This document shows, piece by piece, positions 20,637 through 29,914 of a stretch of DNA of 36,308 nucleotides. The notes under the pieces are model-generated. The model worked only from the letters and a program-made list of their open reading frames with translations, searched no databases and was not told the origin of the DNA. Numbering within the stretch: the stretch's first letter is position 1; every line of letters begins with the position of its first letter. Origin of the DNA: Candidatus Nanopelagicales bacterium (GTDB lineage Bacteria; Actinomycetota; Actinomycetes; S36-B12); the NCBI GenBank assembly GCA_021741845.1, contig JAIOWY010000002.1:1-36308 (forward strand), read 5' to 3'. The position numbers and the translations under genes were made by a program.

Positions 20637-23600
20637 GCGCTCAGATATCTCCTCCGTCATGGTGATTGGTTCCGGTCCCATCGTCATTGGTCAAGCATGT
20701 GAATTTGATTATTCAGGAACACAGGCCTGTCGAGTGCTCCGCGAAGAAGGTATTCGAGTAGTTCTTGTGAATTCGAATCCAGCCACAATCATGACCGACC
20801 CCGAATTTGCTGACGCCACGTATATAGAACCAATCACCACCGAATTTCTGGAGCGCGTTATTGCCCAGGAACGACCCGATGCACTATTACCCACCTTGGG
20901 TGGGCAAACAGCGCTCAATGCGGCCATTGCTCTGCATGAAGCGGGAATCCTGGCTAAGTACAACGTCGAGCTCATTGGCGCCAATGTCGAAGCAATTGAG
21001 CGTGGAGAGAATCGAGAAAAATTCCGAGAAATTGTGGCCAAGATCGGCGCGGAGAGTGCACGGTCTCGGATCTGTCACACCCTCGAGCAATGCCTTGACG
21101 GAGTAAAGGAACTCAACTATCCGGTTGTAGTTCGACCATCTTTCACCATGGGCGGTGCAGGTTCTGGTATTGCCTACAACGAATCCGACCTCATTCGAAT
21201 TGCTGGCAGCGGGCTCAAGGCAAGCCCCACGGCGGAGATTCTGCTGGAGGAATCCATCATCGGGTGGAAGGAATATGAACTGGAACTTATGCGGGATCAC
21301 AATGACAACGTTGTGGTTGTGTGTTCCATTGAAAACGTTGACCCCATGGGAGTGCATACCGGTGACTCAATCACCGTTGCACCAGCGCTGACATTGACCG
21401 ATAGAGAGTTCCAGCACTTACGCAATGTTGGAATCGAAATCATCCGCGAGGTCGGCGTTGATACTGGTGGATGCAACATTCAATTCGCCATCAACCCCGA
21501 CAACGGACGGCTGATTGTCATTGAAATGAATCCGCGGGTTTCGAGATCCTCGGCACTGGCGTCAAAAGCAACGGGCTTTCCCATTGCCAAGATTGCGGCA
21601 CGCTTGGCCATTGGATATTCCCTGGACGAGATCACCAACGATATAACCGGTGAAACGCCAGCCTCTTTTGAACCAACTCTCGATTACGTCGTGGTTAAAG
21701 TTCCACGTTTTGCATTCGAGAAATTTCCGGGTGCTGACACCACATTGACCACGACCATGAAAAGTGTGGGGGAGGCCATGGCAATTGGTCGGAACTTCCC
21801 CGAGGCATTACAAAAAGCGCTGAGGTCAGTTGAGCAGAAGTCCGCGATTTTCGCCTGGCGTGCACCACGCGATATATCTGAGATTCCCTCACTTCTTGAA
21901 CAGATGCGAGTGCCCCACGACGGACGTTTAAGTCTGGTGCAACGGGCCCTGTGGTTGGGTGCCGGAATTGACGCCGTGCATGAGGCGACCAATATCGATC
22001 CATGGTTCCTCGACCAGATTGAACTGATAAACGAACAAGCGGACAGAATCGCCCAAGCGAGCGAGATAGATGCAGACCTGATGTTCGAATCCAAGTCAAT
22101 GGGCTTCTCAGACCAGCAAATAGCCGTATTGAGACATGGCACAGAGATGGACATTAGAAAGCTCCGGGTCGAATTAGGTGTGCAACCGGTATTCAAGACG
22201 GTGGACACATGCGCCGCGGAATTTGCCGCGAAGACTCCGTACCACTATTCGAGTTACGACTTTGAGACCGAGGTGGAACCGTCCGATCGGCGCAAAGTGG
22301 TGATACTCGGGTCAGGTCCCAATCGAATCGGTCAAGGAATCGAATTTGATTATTCCTGTGTCCATGCGTCCATGACTCTGCGTGATGCAGGCTACGAAAC
22401 GATCATGATCAACTGCAACCCAGAAACAGTTTCCACCGATTACGACACGTCCGATCGACTGTATTTTGAGCCGCTCACCTTTGAAGATGTCATGGCGGTG
22501 ATTGACGCGGAGTCCACGCGAGGCGACATCGCTGGGGTAATAGTTCAGTTGGGGGGCCAGACACCGTTGGCGTTGGCGGCTCAACTCGCTGACGCAGGGG
22601 TCACGGTCGTTGGTACCTCACCCGCATCTATCCACGCCGCGGAGGATCGGGAGGAATTTTCCCGCGTACTTGCCGCAGCCGGAGTCCCCGCCCCCGCACA
22701 TGGCACCGCACGTTCCTTTGATGAAGCGAAGGCGATCGCTGATCGAATTGGTTATCCCGTATTGGTGCGTCCCAGTTACGTTCTTGGCGGTCGGGGCATG
22801 GAAATCGTCTACACCGAGGACATGCTCAAGGAGTATCTCGAACGCGCAACAGAACTCAATCCGGAACATCCCGTACTTGTGGACCGTTTCCTCGACGACG
22901 CCATTGAAATCGATGTCGACGCTATCTTCGACGGCACGGACCTGTATCTCGCCGGAGTCATGGAACACATCGAGGAAGCCGGCATCCATTCCGGTGATTC
23001 GGCGTGCGCTCTGCCACCCATCACACTGGGAATGGAGGACATTGAACGTATTAGAGTGTCAACTCGAGCACTTGCCGTGGGCCTGAATGTGCGCGGCTTA
23101 ATCAATGTTCAATTCGCCCTCGTCAGCGACGTCCTGTACGTCCTGGAAGCGAACCCCCGCGCATCACGAACCGTGCCCTTTGTCTCCAAGGCAACAGGGA
23201 TTCAGGTGGCTAAAGCCGCAGCGCGGGTGATGCTGGGTGAATCGATCGCTGAACTTCGGGCATCTGGAGTTCTTCCCGCTACGGGCGACGGTGGATCCCT
23301 GCCCCAGGGTTCACCGGTCTCCGTGAAGGAGGCCGTGCTTCCCTTCGGACGCTTCCACGGAGTGGACACCGTTCTGGGTCCAGAAATGAAATCAACGGGC
23401 GAGGTCATGGGTATTGATTCCACATTTGGTGTGGCTTTTGCCAAATCGCAGACGGCGGCATATTCCGGTGGACTACCAACCTCTGGAACAGTGTTTGTGT
23501 CCCTAGCCAATCGGGATAAACGCTCGGCGATTTTCCCAGTCAAGCGGCTATCTGATCTAGGGTTCACCATCCTGGCAACATCGGGAACAGCTGACGTCCT

Positions 23601-23937
23601 GCGTCGCAATGGAGTACCCGCCGTAGTGATCCGGAAGCAACACGAGGGACGTGGTGTCAACGGTGAGACAACGACAGTGGATGAAATTCTGGCCGGCAAT
23701 ATTGATCTCGTTATCAACACGCCCTATGGAGTCGGGCCGCGCAAAGATGGTTATGAAATCCGCACTGCCGCGGTTTCACGGGGAGTTGCTTCCATCACGA
23801 CGGTGCAAGGTCTAGCTGCTGCGGTCCAAGGAATTGATTCCATGATTAACGAGACCCCCACGGTCAAGTCGATACAAGAACATGGGCGTGATATCGAGCG
23901 GCTTCGGGCCGAGGCTTCCGACGAGCGGAAAAACTAG
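20629..23937 (+). CDS. carB: Carbamoyl-phosphate synthase large subunit
   Basis: Duplicated ATP-grasp halves begin [19 protein letters not shown] and [20 protein letters not shown]-terminal MGS-like domain. I prefer ATG 20629 (MPKRSDI), which overlaps carA by 8 nt. Confidence 0.96.
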   Translation: MPKRSDISSVMVIGSGPIVIGQACEFDYSGTQACRVLREEGIRVVLVNSNPATIMTDPEFADATYIEPITTEFLERVIAQERPDALLPTLGGQTALNAAIALHEAGILAKYNVELIGANVEAIERGENREKFREIVAKIGAESARSRICHTLEQCLDGVKELNYPVVVRPSFTMGGAGSGIAYNESDLIRIAGSGLKASPTAEILLEESIIGWKEYELELMRDHNDNVVVVCSIENVDPMGVHTGDSITVAPALTLTDREFQHLRNVGIEIIREVGVDTGGCNIQFAINPDNGRLIVIEMNPRVSRSSALASKATGFPIAKIAARLAIGYSLDEITNDITGETPASFEPTLDYVVVKVPRFAFEKFPGADTTLTTTMKSVGEAMAIGRNFPEALQKALRSVEQKSAIFAWRAPRDISEIPSLLEQMRVPHDGRLSLVQRALWLGAGIDAVHEATNIDPWFLDQIELINEQADRIAQASEIDADLMFESKSMGFSDQQIAVLRHGTEMDIRKLRVELGVQPVFKTVDTCAAEFAAKTPYHYSSYDFETEVEPSDRRKVVILGSGPNRIGQGIEFDYSCVHASMTLRDAGYETIMINCNPETVSTDYDTSDRLYFEPLTFEDVMAVIDAESTRGDIAGVIVQLGGQTPLALAAQLADAGVTVVGTSPASIHAAEDREEFSRVLAAAGVPAPAHGTARSFDEAKAIADRIGYPVLVRPSYVLGGRGMEIVYTEDMLKEYLERATELNPEHPVLVDRFLDDAIEIDVDAIFDGTDLYLAGVMEHIEEAGIHSGDSACALPPITLGMEDIERIRVSTRALAVGLNVRGLINVQFALVSDVLYVLEANPRASRTVPFVSKATGIQVAKAAARVMLGESIAELRASGVLPATGDGGSLPQGSPVSVKEAVLPFGRFHGVDTVLGPEMKSTGEVMGIDSTFGVAFAKSQTAAYSGGLPTSGTVFVSLANRDKRSAIFPVKRLSDLGFTILATSGTADVLRRNGVPAVVIRKQHEGRGVNGETTTVDEILAGNIDLVINTPYGVGPRKDGYEIRTAAVSRGVASITTVQGLAAAVQGIDSMINETPTVKSIQEHGRDIERLRAEASDERKN

Positions 23938-23954
23938 ATGAGTACGGTGAGCCC

Positions 23955-24824
23955 GTGAGCGCAGCAACCGGACGGCCCGTTCAGGTCATGGGCGAGATCC
24001 TCGATATCAACCGCTCCGGGTCCTATTCTGTGATCTCAGTGACCGCCCCAGGAATCTCCGAAATAGCGGAGCCCGGTCAGTTTGTCACGGTCGGTATGGG
24101 GGGCGAGGAAACCAGTATGGTGCTGCGGCGTTCCTTTGCCATCCATCGTGTTCAATCCCGCGGTGTGTACGGCGGAACCTTGGACCTCGTTGTCTCTCCG
24201 GTCGGCAAGGGCACCACCTGGCTTTCCAAGCGTCGGCGCCACGACCCGGTGAGTTTGGTAGGCCCTTTGGGCAAGCCATTCACCCTTCCGACCCAACCAG
24301 TGTCTTGTGCACTGATTGGCGGGGGATACGGCTCGGCACCGCTATTCCTATTAGCCGAGAAGCTGCGGGAGCGCGGATGTCGCGTGGACACCATCATTGG
24401 CGCCTCCACCGACGAGAAATTATTTGGTGCGCTCGAGCTCAAGCGCGTCTCTTCATCTTTGGTGGTAACGACCGACGACGGAAGTTCTGGAGTTCGTGGG
24501 CGGGTGACGGACGTTCTCCCAGAACTCGTCGCGGCTGGGAAAACGGACATCATTTATGCCTGTGGCCCCATGGGCATGTTGGCCAGTGTCGCTGAATTCG
24601 CTGCGACCCACAAAATTTTCAGCCAATGCTCTGTCGAGGAATCCATGGCGTGTGGAATTGGTGTCTGCATGACTTGCGTGCTCCCCGTGATTGGCGACGA
24701 CCTTGTGACACGCATGGTTCGCTCCTGTGTAGATGGACCGATTTTCCGGGGGGATCGAGTGCGCTGGTCAGACATTGGCACTGTTCCTGCTGATACGTAT
24801 GGGGCGCCTGGAGGGACTCAGTGA
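23955..24824 (+). CDS. pyrK: Dihydroorotate dehydrogenase (class 1B) electron-transfer subunit
   Basis: FAD-binding RRSFAI. NAD-fold LIGGGYGSAP. C-terminal 2Fe-2S Cys cluster CGIGVCMTC...C. It sits immediately upstream of pyrD. Confidence 0.87.
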   Translation: MSAATGRPVQVMGEILDINRSGSYSVISVTAPGISEIAEPGQFVTVGMGGEETSMVLRRSFAIHRVQSRGVYGGTLDLVVSPVGKGTTWLSKRRRHDPVSLVGPLGKPFTLPTQPVSCALIGGGYGSAPLFLLAEKLRERGCRVDTIIGASTDEKLFGALELKRVSSSLVVTTDDGSSGVRGRVTDVLPELVAAGKTDIIYACGPMGMLASVAEFAATHKIFSQCSVEESMACGIGVCMTCVLPVIGDDLVTRMVRSCVDGPIFRGDRVRWSDIGTVPADTYGAPGGTQ

Positions 24825-25873
24825 ACACGCCCATTGTTTCGTCTCGACGCGCCGGGGCGCATCATGAATTCGGAGACACATCCATTCGAATAGACATGTC
24901 TACTGAGTTGGCCAAGCTGAATCTTCCGAGCCCCGTCCTGACCGCGTCGGGTTGCGCGGCAGCTGGCCGTGAACTTGATAACTACTTTGACATTACGAGC
25001 ATTGGTGCGATTGTGACCAAGAGCATCATGCTTGCTCCACGTTCGGGTCGGGCCACCCCTCGCATGGCAGAGACACCGAGCGGCATGCTCAACTCCATTG
25101 GGCTACAAGGCCCAGGGGTGGATAGTTTTATTGAGCACGACTTGGCCTGGCTACGGCAGCGTGGTGCTCGCACAATCGTCTCGATTGCAGGGGAGAGCGC
25201 CGAGGAATTTGGCAAGGTGGCCGCCAAGTTACGAATTGCCGGAGGCGTGGAGGCGATTGAGGTAAACATCTCATGCCCCAATGTCGCTGATCGAGGTCAG
25301 ATCTTTGCCTGCCGCGCGGATTCAGCAGCCCAGGTTGTTCAGACAGTACGCAGGAATAGTGATTCGAAGGTTCCGATATTTGCCAAACTCTCACCTGATG
25401 TGACCGACATCGTCGAGATTGCTCAGTCGGTCGTGGACGCTGGGGCCACGGGAGTGTCCGTCATCAACACGCTGCTCGGCATGGTGATGGACACCGCCAC
25501 CATGCGTCCTGCGCTCGCCGGTGTCACCGGGGGGTTGTCTGGACCAGCTATTCGCCCCGTGGCCGTGCGCTGCGTGTGGGACATACGTTCTGCCATGCCG
25601 ACTATCCCCATCATTGGCATGGGTGGCATTAGGACAGGCCATGATGCCCTGGAGTTCATCCTGGCCGGTGCAAACGCCGTATCCGTTGGGACATCGATAT
25701 TTAATGATCCGTCGGCTCCCGCCCGCATTCACATGGAGTTAGCCCAAGAATTAAGTAGTCGAGGCTTTACCCGCCTTTCCGATGCCATCTCCTATGCGCA
25801 CCGGCCTGATGTTCCGGTCGAGCAAGAGTCACCGGAGACCGAAAGTGCCGACTGGGATTTCATTACCGAGTGA
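24821..25873 (+). CDS. pyrD: Dihydroorotate dehydrogenase, class 1B catalytic subunit
   Basis: Motifs LTASGC, NSIGLQGPG, active-site Cys NISCPNV, GGLSGPAIRPVA, IGMGGI. I chose GTG 24821 because of the GTGA overlap with pyrK and the SD GGAGGG 6 nt upstream. ATG 24896 (MSTELAKLNLPSP) is the homology-style alternative. Confidence 0.9.
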   Translation: MNTPIVSSRRAGAHHEFGDTSIRIDMSTELAKLNLPSPVLTASGCAAAGRELDNYFDITSIGAIVTKSIMLAPRSGRATPRMAETPSGMLNSIGLQGPGVDSFIEHDLAWLRQRGARTIVSIAGESAEEFGKVAAKLRIAGGVEAIEVNISCPNVADRGQIFACRADSAAQVVQTVRRNSDSKVPIFAKLSPDVTDIVEIAQSVVDAGATGVSVINTLLGMVMDTATMRPALAGVTGGLSGPAIRPVAVRCVWDIRSAMPTIPIIGMGGIRTGHDALEFILAGANAVSVGTSIFNDPSAPARIHMELAQELSSRGFTRLSDAISYAHRPDVPVEQESPETESADWDFITE

Positions 25874-25890
25874 CAGGGAGAACTCACACC

Positions 25891-26589
25891 ATGACCACTC
25901 GAGCACCTATTGCACTCGCACTGGACGCACCCGATCTCACCACCATGCGCCACTGGGTAAGTGCTGTCTCCCCTCACGTCTCCACGCTGAAGCTTGGACT
26001 AGAAGGGTTTTATCGCGATGGGTCAGCGGCGGTGGACATTGTGCGGGAAAGTGGCTGCGACTTTTTCCTGGATCTGAAGTTACATGACATTCCCAATACG
26101 GTCGCGGGTGCAGCGCGCTCTGTCGCCAAATACCAACCGCAGTTTCTCACCGTGCATGCCAGCGGTGGATCCGACATGATCCGCGCGGCCGTTGAGACCT
26201 TGCCGGACACTCGCATAACGGCCGTCACCGTCTTGACCAGTCTTGACGATCAAGAATTGCGGAATCTAGGTTTCGCGGGAACGTCTGCCGAGTCGGTGAT
26301 TGCGCTGTCACTCATTGCAGTGGAGGCAGGTGCGCGGGCGATCGTGTGTTCACCACATGAGGTGGCTTCGGTCAGAGCAGTTGTACCGCCGGATATCACG
26401 CTGATAACTCCGGGTGTCAGACCACGGTCCGCGGACTCTGATGACCAACGCCGGGTGAGCACACCCGAACAAGCATTGGCAGACGGTGCTGACATTGTGG
26501 TGATTGGCCGGCCGATCACGGGTGCAGCAGATCCTGGTGGCGCTGCCCTAGAGATCGCTCGCGAGATAACCGCAGGATCCAGCACATGA
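25891..26589 (+). CDS. pyrF: Orotidine-5'-phosphate decarboxylase
   Basis: Motifs IALALD, FLDLKLHDIPNT, VIGRPIT. ATG 25891 has SD AGGGAG 10 nt upstream. The alternative is GTG 25870, which overlaps pyrD. Confidence 0.9.
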   Translation: MTTRAPIALALDAPDLTTMRHWVSAVSPHVSTLKLGLEGFYRDGSAAVDIVRESGCDFFLDLKLHDIPNTVAGAARSVAKYQPQFLTVHASGGSDMIRAAVETLPDTRITAVTVLTSLDDQELRNLGFAGTSAESVIALSLIAVEAGARAIVCSPHEVASVRAVVPPDITLITPGVRPRSADSDDQRRVSTPEQALADGADIVVIGRPITGAADPGGAALEIAREITAGSST

Positions 26590-27146
26590 ATGCAAGCGCC
26601 CCGCTAGTTGTCATCTCAGGTCCATCCGGAGTGGGTAAAAGTACCCTCGTGCGGGCGTTGCTAGCTGCTGACCCCGAGATTTGGTTGTCAGTATCGGTGA
26701 CAACACGTGCTCCACGACCTGGTGAGGTAGAAGGAGTTGACTATTTTTTTGTCTCCTCCGACGAGTTTGACCAGATGGTCGCCGACCACGGATTGCTGGA
26801 GTGGGCAACCTATGCGGGGCATCGGTATGGCACCCCCCGGGAACCGGTCCAACGGATGCGGGAATCAGGGCGGCCGGTGGTGCTCGAAATCGAGGTGCAG
26901 GGTGCTCAATGGGTGCGTGAGCGCGCGCCTGACGCAGTCTTAGTCTTCATCGCACCCCCGAGCACCGAGATTCTGCGGGAACGCCTAGCTGGTCGAGGCA
27001 CGGAGAGTCCCGAGGTGCTGGCTGAGCGGCTCCACATAGCTGAAGCAGAAATGGCCGCATCATCTGGCTTCGATCGGGTCTTGGTGAACGCCGATGTAGC
27101 AGAGTGCTCAGGGCACTTGCTAGCATTACTCGCTGACCTGAAATGA
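26586..27146 (+). CDS. gmk: Guanylate kinase
   Basis: P-loop GPSGVGKST and the motif TTRAPRPGEVEGVDYFFV. ATGA overlap with pyrF. Confidence 0.93.
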   Translation: MNASAPLVVISGPSGVGKSTLVRALLAADPEIWLSVSVTTRAPRPGEVEGVDYFFVSSDEFDQMVADHGLLEWATYAGHRYGTPREPVQRMRESGRPVVLEIEVQGAQWVRERAPDAVLVFIAPPSTEILRERLAGRGTESPEVLAERLHIAEAEMAASSGFDRVLVNADVAECSGHLLALLADLK

Positions 27147-27152
27147 GGATTC

Positions 27153-27467
27153 ATGACCGATCGCCCTGAAGGCATTACCCATCCGTCCATCGACGACCTG
27201 TTGACCAAGACGGATTCCAAGTATTCTTTGGTGAGTTACGCTGCCAAGCGGGCCCGTCAGATCAATGCCTACTACTCGCAACTCGGTGAAGGTCTCTTGG
27301 AATATATCGGCCCACTGGTCGAAACCCATGTTCAAGAAAAGCCACTGTCTATTGCCCTGCGAGAGATCGATGCAGGCCTGCTGACATCTGAGCCCACATT
27401 CCCTGATTCACCCGTGGTCTCCGGTGGTACCGACAATGGATTAACCGTCGAGGTCGTCGAGGACTAA
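27153..27467 (+). CDS. rpoZ: DNA-directed RNA polymerase subunit omega
   Basis: Motif [17 protein letters not shown]. Conserved gmk-rpoZ-coaBC order. Confidence 0.88.
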   Translation: MTDRPEGITHPSIDDLLTKTDSKYSLVSYAAKRARQINAYYSQLGEGLLEYIGPLVETHVQEKPLSIALREIDAGLLTSEPTFPDSPVVSGGTDNGLTVEVVED

Positions 27468-27468
27468 A

Positions 27469-28683
27469 TTGCCTCGGGTTGTGCTCGGGGTGTGCGGTGG
27501 CATCGCAGCCTATAAATCAGTGGAGTTACTTCGACTGTTGACCGAGTCCGGACACCAGGTGACCGTGGTGCCCACTGAGAATGCCCTGAAGTTCGTCGGA
27601 GCCCCGACATTTGAAGCGCTGTCCGGTGAACCGGTTGCCACGAGTGTGTGGTCCGGAGTGGATCGGGTTCGACATGTTGATATTGGAGCGTCCGCTGATG
27701 TTGTCGTAGTTGCTCCGGCCACCGCTGATTTTCTCGCCCGTGCAACACATGGGATCGCTAGTGATTTGCTGACCAACACATTATTGACTGCTCAAGCGCC
27801 CGTCGTGCTCGCTCCGGCCATGCATACGCAAATGTGGGAGCACCCGGCTACCCAACACAACATTGGCTTGCTGGTCGAACGAGGGTACCTGGTTCTCCAG
27901 CCTGATTCCGGGCGTCTGACCGGGCGCGATTCCGGAGTAGGTCGCCTGCCATCCCCGCAAGCCATTTTCGACTACGTGGAATCGGTGCTCGCGGGATCCT
28001 CACGCGAACTGTCGGGCCGACACATTGTGATCACGGCGGGTGGCACCCGTGAAGTGTGGGATCCCGTTCGCTATCTCGGTAATCGAAGCAGTGGAAAACA
28101 AGGAGTGGCTTTAGCCCGTGCGGCGCTTGCTCACGGTGCGCAGGTAACGCTGATCGCGGGAGCAATGGAGACTGCAGTACCCGCTGGGGTTCAGCTTGTG
28201 CTTGTTGACACGGCAGCACAGATGTTGGACGCCGTACGAGCCGCCTTGAACGAGGAACCTGACGCGTTGATCATGGCGGCCGCCGTCGCAGATTTCCGAC
28301 CTGTAAGCCCGGTGGAAGGAAAGATCAAAAAGAGTTCCGGAGCTCCGTCGCTAACGCTGACCGAGAATGAGGACATTTTGGCCACGGTTACTCGCGAGTT
28401 TCCCGCCGTAGTGGTGATCGGGTTTGGGGCTGAAACAGTGGAGAGCATGGATCAACTACTGGAATTAGGTCGAGCGAAATTGGCAGCCAAAGGATGCGAT
28501 GCCTTGGTGGTCAATAATGTTCGTGGCGGCTCAGTATTCGGTGAAGATGAAACCCACATTGCCATTGTGGAAAAAAATGGTGATTACCTCAGTTTCGCTG
28601 GCTCCAAGATTTCCGCTGCACACGCCGTGGTCACTCGGCTTACGCACCTCCTTCCGCCATTAGACTCAGGCTTTGATCGTTAG
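27469..28683 (+). CDS. coaBC: Bifunctional phosphopantothenoylcysteine decarboxylase / phosphopantothenate-cysteine ligase
   Basis: Flavoprotein motifs GVCGGIAAYK and PAMHTQMWEHPATQ. CoaB motifs ITAGGTRE.DPVRYLGNRSSGKQG and AAAVADFRP. TTG start lies 1 nt after the rpoZ stop. Confidence 0.92.
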   Translation: MPRVVLGVCGGIAAYKSVELLRLLTESGHQVTVVPTENALKFVGAPTFEALSGEPVATSVWSGVDRVRHVDIGASADVVVVAPATADFLARATHGIASDLLTNTLLTAQAPVVLAPAMHTQMWEHPATQHNIGLLVERGYLVLQPDSGRLTGRDSGVGRLPSPQAIFDYVESVLAGSSRELSGRHIVITAGGTREVWDPVRYLGNRSSGKQGVALARAALAHGAQVTLIAGAMETAVPAGVQLVLVDTAAQMLDAVRAALNEEPDALIMAAAVADFRPVSPVEGKIKKSSGAPSLTLTENEDILATVTREFPAVVVIGFGAETVESMDQLLELGRAKLAAKGCDALVVNNVRGGSVFGEDETHIAIVEKNGDYLSFAGSKISAAHAVVTRLTHLLPPLDSGFDR

Positions 28684-28711
28684 TACCTGACCACCAGAAA
28701 AGGGGAGTCCT

Positions 28712-29914
28712 GTGACTCAGCGCTTGTTTACATCAGAATCGGTCACCGAAGGCCATCCCGACAAAATGGCCGACCAGATCAGCGATGCCATCCTCGACGA
28801 CCTCTTGCGTCAAGACCCCACAAGTCGAGTTGCGGTGGAAACAATGCTCACCACCGGCCAAGTACATGTGGCTGGAGAAGTCACCACAGAAGGCTTTGCT
28901 GATGTCATGGCGCTTGTGCGCGACACTGTGCTCGATATTGGTTACGACAGTTCTATCAAAGGGTTTGACGGCGCTTCGTGTGGTATCTCGGTATCCATCG
29001 GTCAACAGTCGCCCGATATATCGCAGGGTGTTAACGATGCCATTGAGGAGCGCGAGGGTCACAGTGCTGACCCGCTCGACAGGCAGGGTGCCGGAGATCA
29101 AGGTCTAATGTTTGGCTACGCCTGCACGGACACTCCCGAACTCATGCCGTTGCCCGTCTCGTTGGCACACAAATTGGCTGAGCAGCTTTCTGCGGTGCGC
29201 AAGTCAGGACAGATGGCGTATTTGCGCCCGGATGGCAAGACGCAGGTAACAATCGCCTACGACGAAAACGATAAACCCGTACGCATTGACACCATTGTTG
29301 TCAGCAGCCAGCACGAAGAAGGTATTGATCTTGATACTCAGCTGGCACCTGATGTGCGCAAATTTGTCGTGGATCCGATTTTGGCGGAGGTAGACCTGGA
29401 CTCGTCCAACTATCGATTGCTCGTGAACCCCACCGGAAACTTCGTTGTTGGTGGGCCCATGGGAGATGCGGGCTTAACCGGGCGCAAGATCATTGTCGAC
29501 ACTTACGGCGGCATGGCACGACACGGCGGGGGTGCCTTTTCCGGCAAGGATCCGTCAAAAGTTGACCGCTCTGCTGCGTATGCCATGCGCTGGGTGGCGA
29601 AAAATGTTGTGGCTGCAGGGCTGGCAACTCGATGCGAAGTCCAGGTTGCCTATGCAATCGGCAAAGCTCACCCCGTTGGTGTCTTTGTGGAGACATTTGG
29701 CACGGGTGTTGTGAGTGACGAGAAAATCCAAGAAGCTGTTCTTGACGTTTTCGACCTTCGCCCAGCGGCCATCATTCGGGATCTCGATTTACTGCGTCCG
29801 ATTTATCGGAAAACTGCTGCTTACGGACACTTTGGTCGCCCCGCAGTTGACGGCTATTTCACGTGGGAGCGAGTAGATCGCGCTGATCAACTGCGTGCTG
29901 CTGCTGGACTGTAG
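28712..29914 (+). CDS. metK: S-adenosylmethionine synthetase
   Basis: Motifs [56 protein letters not shown] precedes GTG 28712. Confidence 0.96.
   Translation: MTQRLFTSESVTEGHPDKMADQISDAILDDLLRQDPTSRVAVETMLTTGQVHVAGEVTTEGFADVMALVRDTVLDIGYDSSIKGFDGASCGISVSIGQQSPDISQGVNDAIEEREGHSADPLDRQGAGDQGLMFGYACTDTPELMPLPVSLAHKLAEQLSAVRKSGQMAYLRPDGKTQVTIAYDENDKPVRIDTIVVSSQHEEGIDLDTQLAPDVRKFVVDPILAEVDLDSSNYRLLVNPTGNFVVGGPMGDAGLTGRKIIVDTYGGMARHGGGAFSGKDPSKVDRSAAYAMRWVAKNVVAAGLATRCEVQVAYAIGKAHPVGVFVETFGTGVVSDEKIQEAVLDVFDLRPAAIIRDLDLLRPIYRKTAAYGHFGRPAVDGYFTWERVDRADQLRAAAGL

Noticed and set aside
28684-28711. Checked for a SAM riboswitch or other leader upstream of metK, and for a T-box or attenuator ahead of trpC and trpB.
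   Set aside because: The coaBC-metK gap is only 28 nt and holds just an SD. The trp genes here overlap or are 5 to 28 nt apart, leaving no room for a structured leader.
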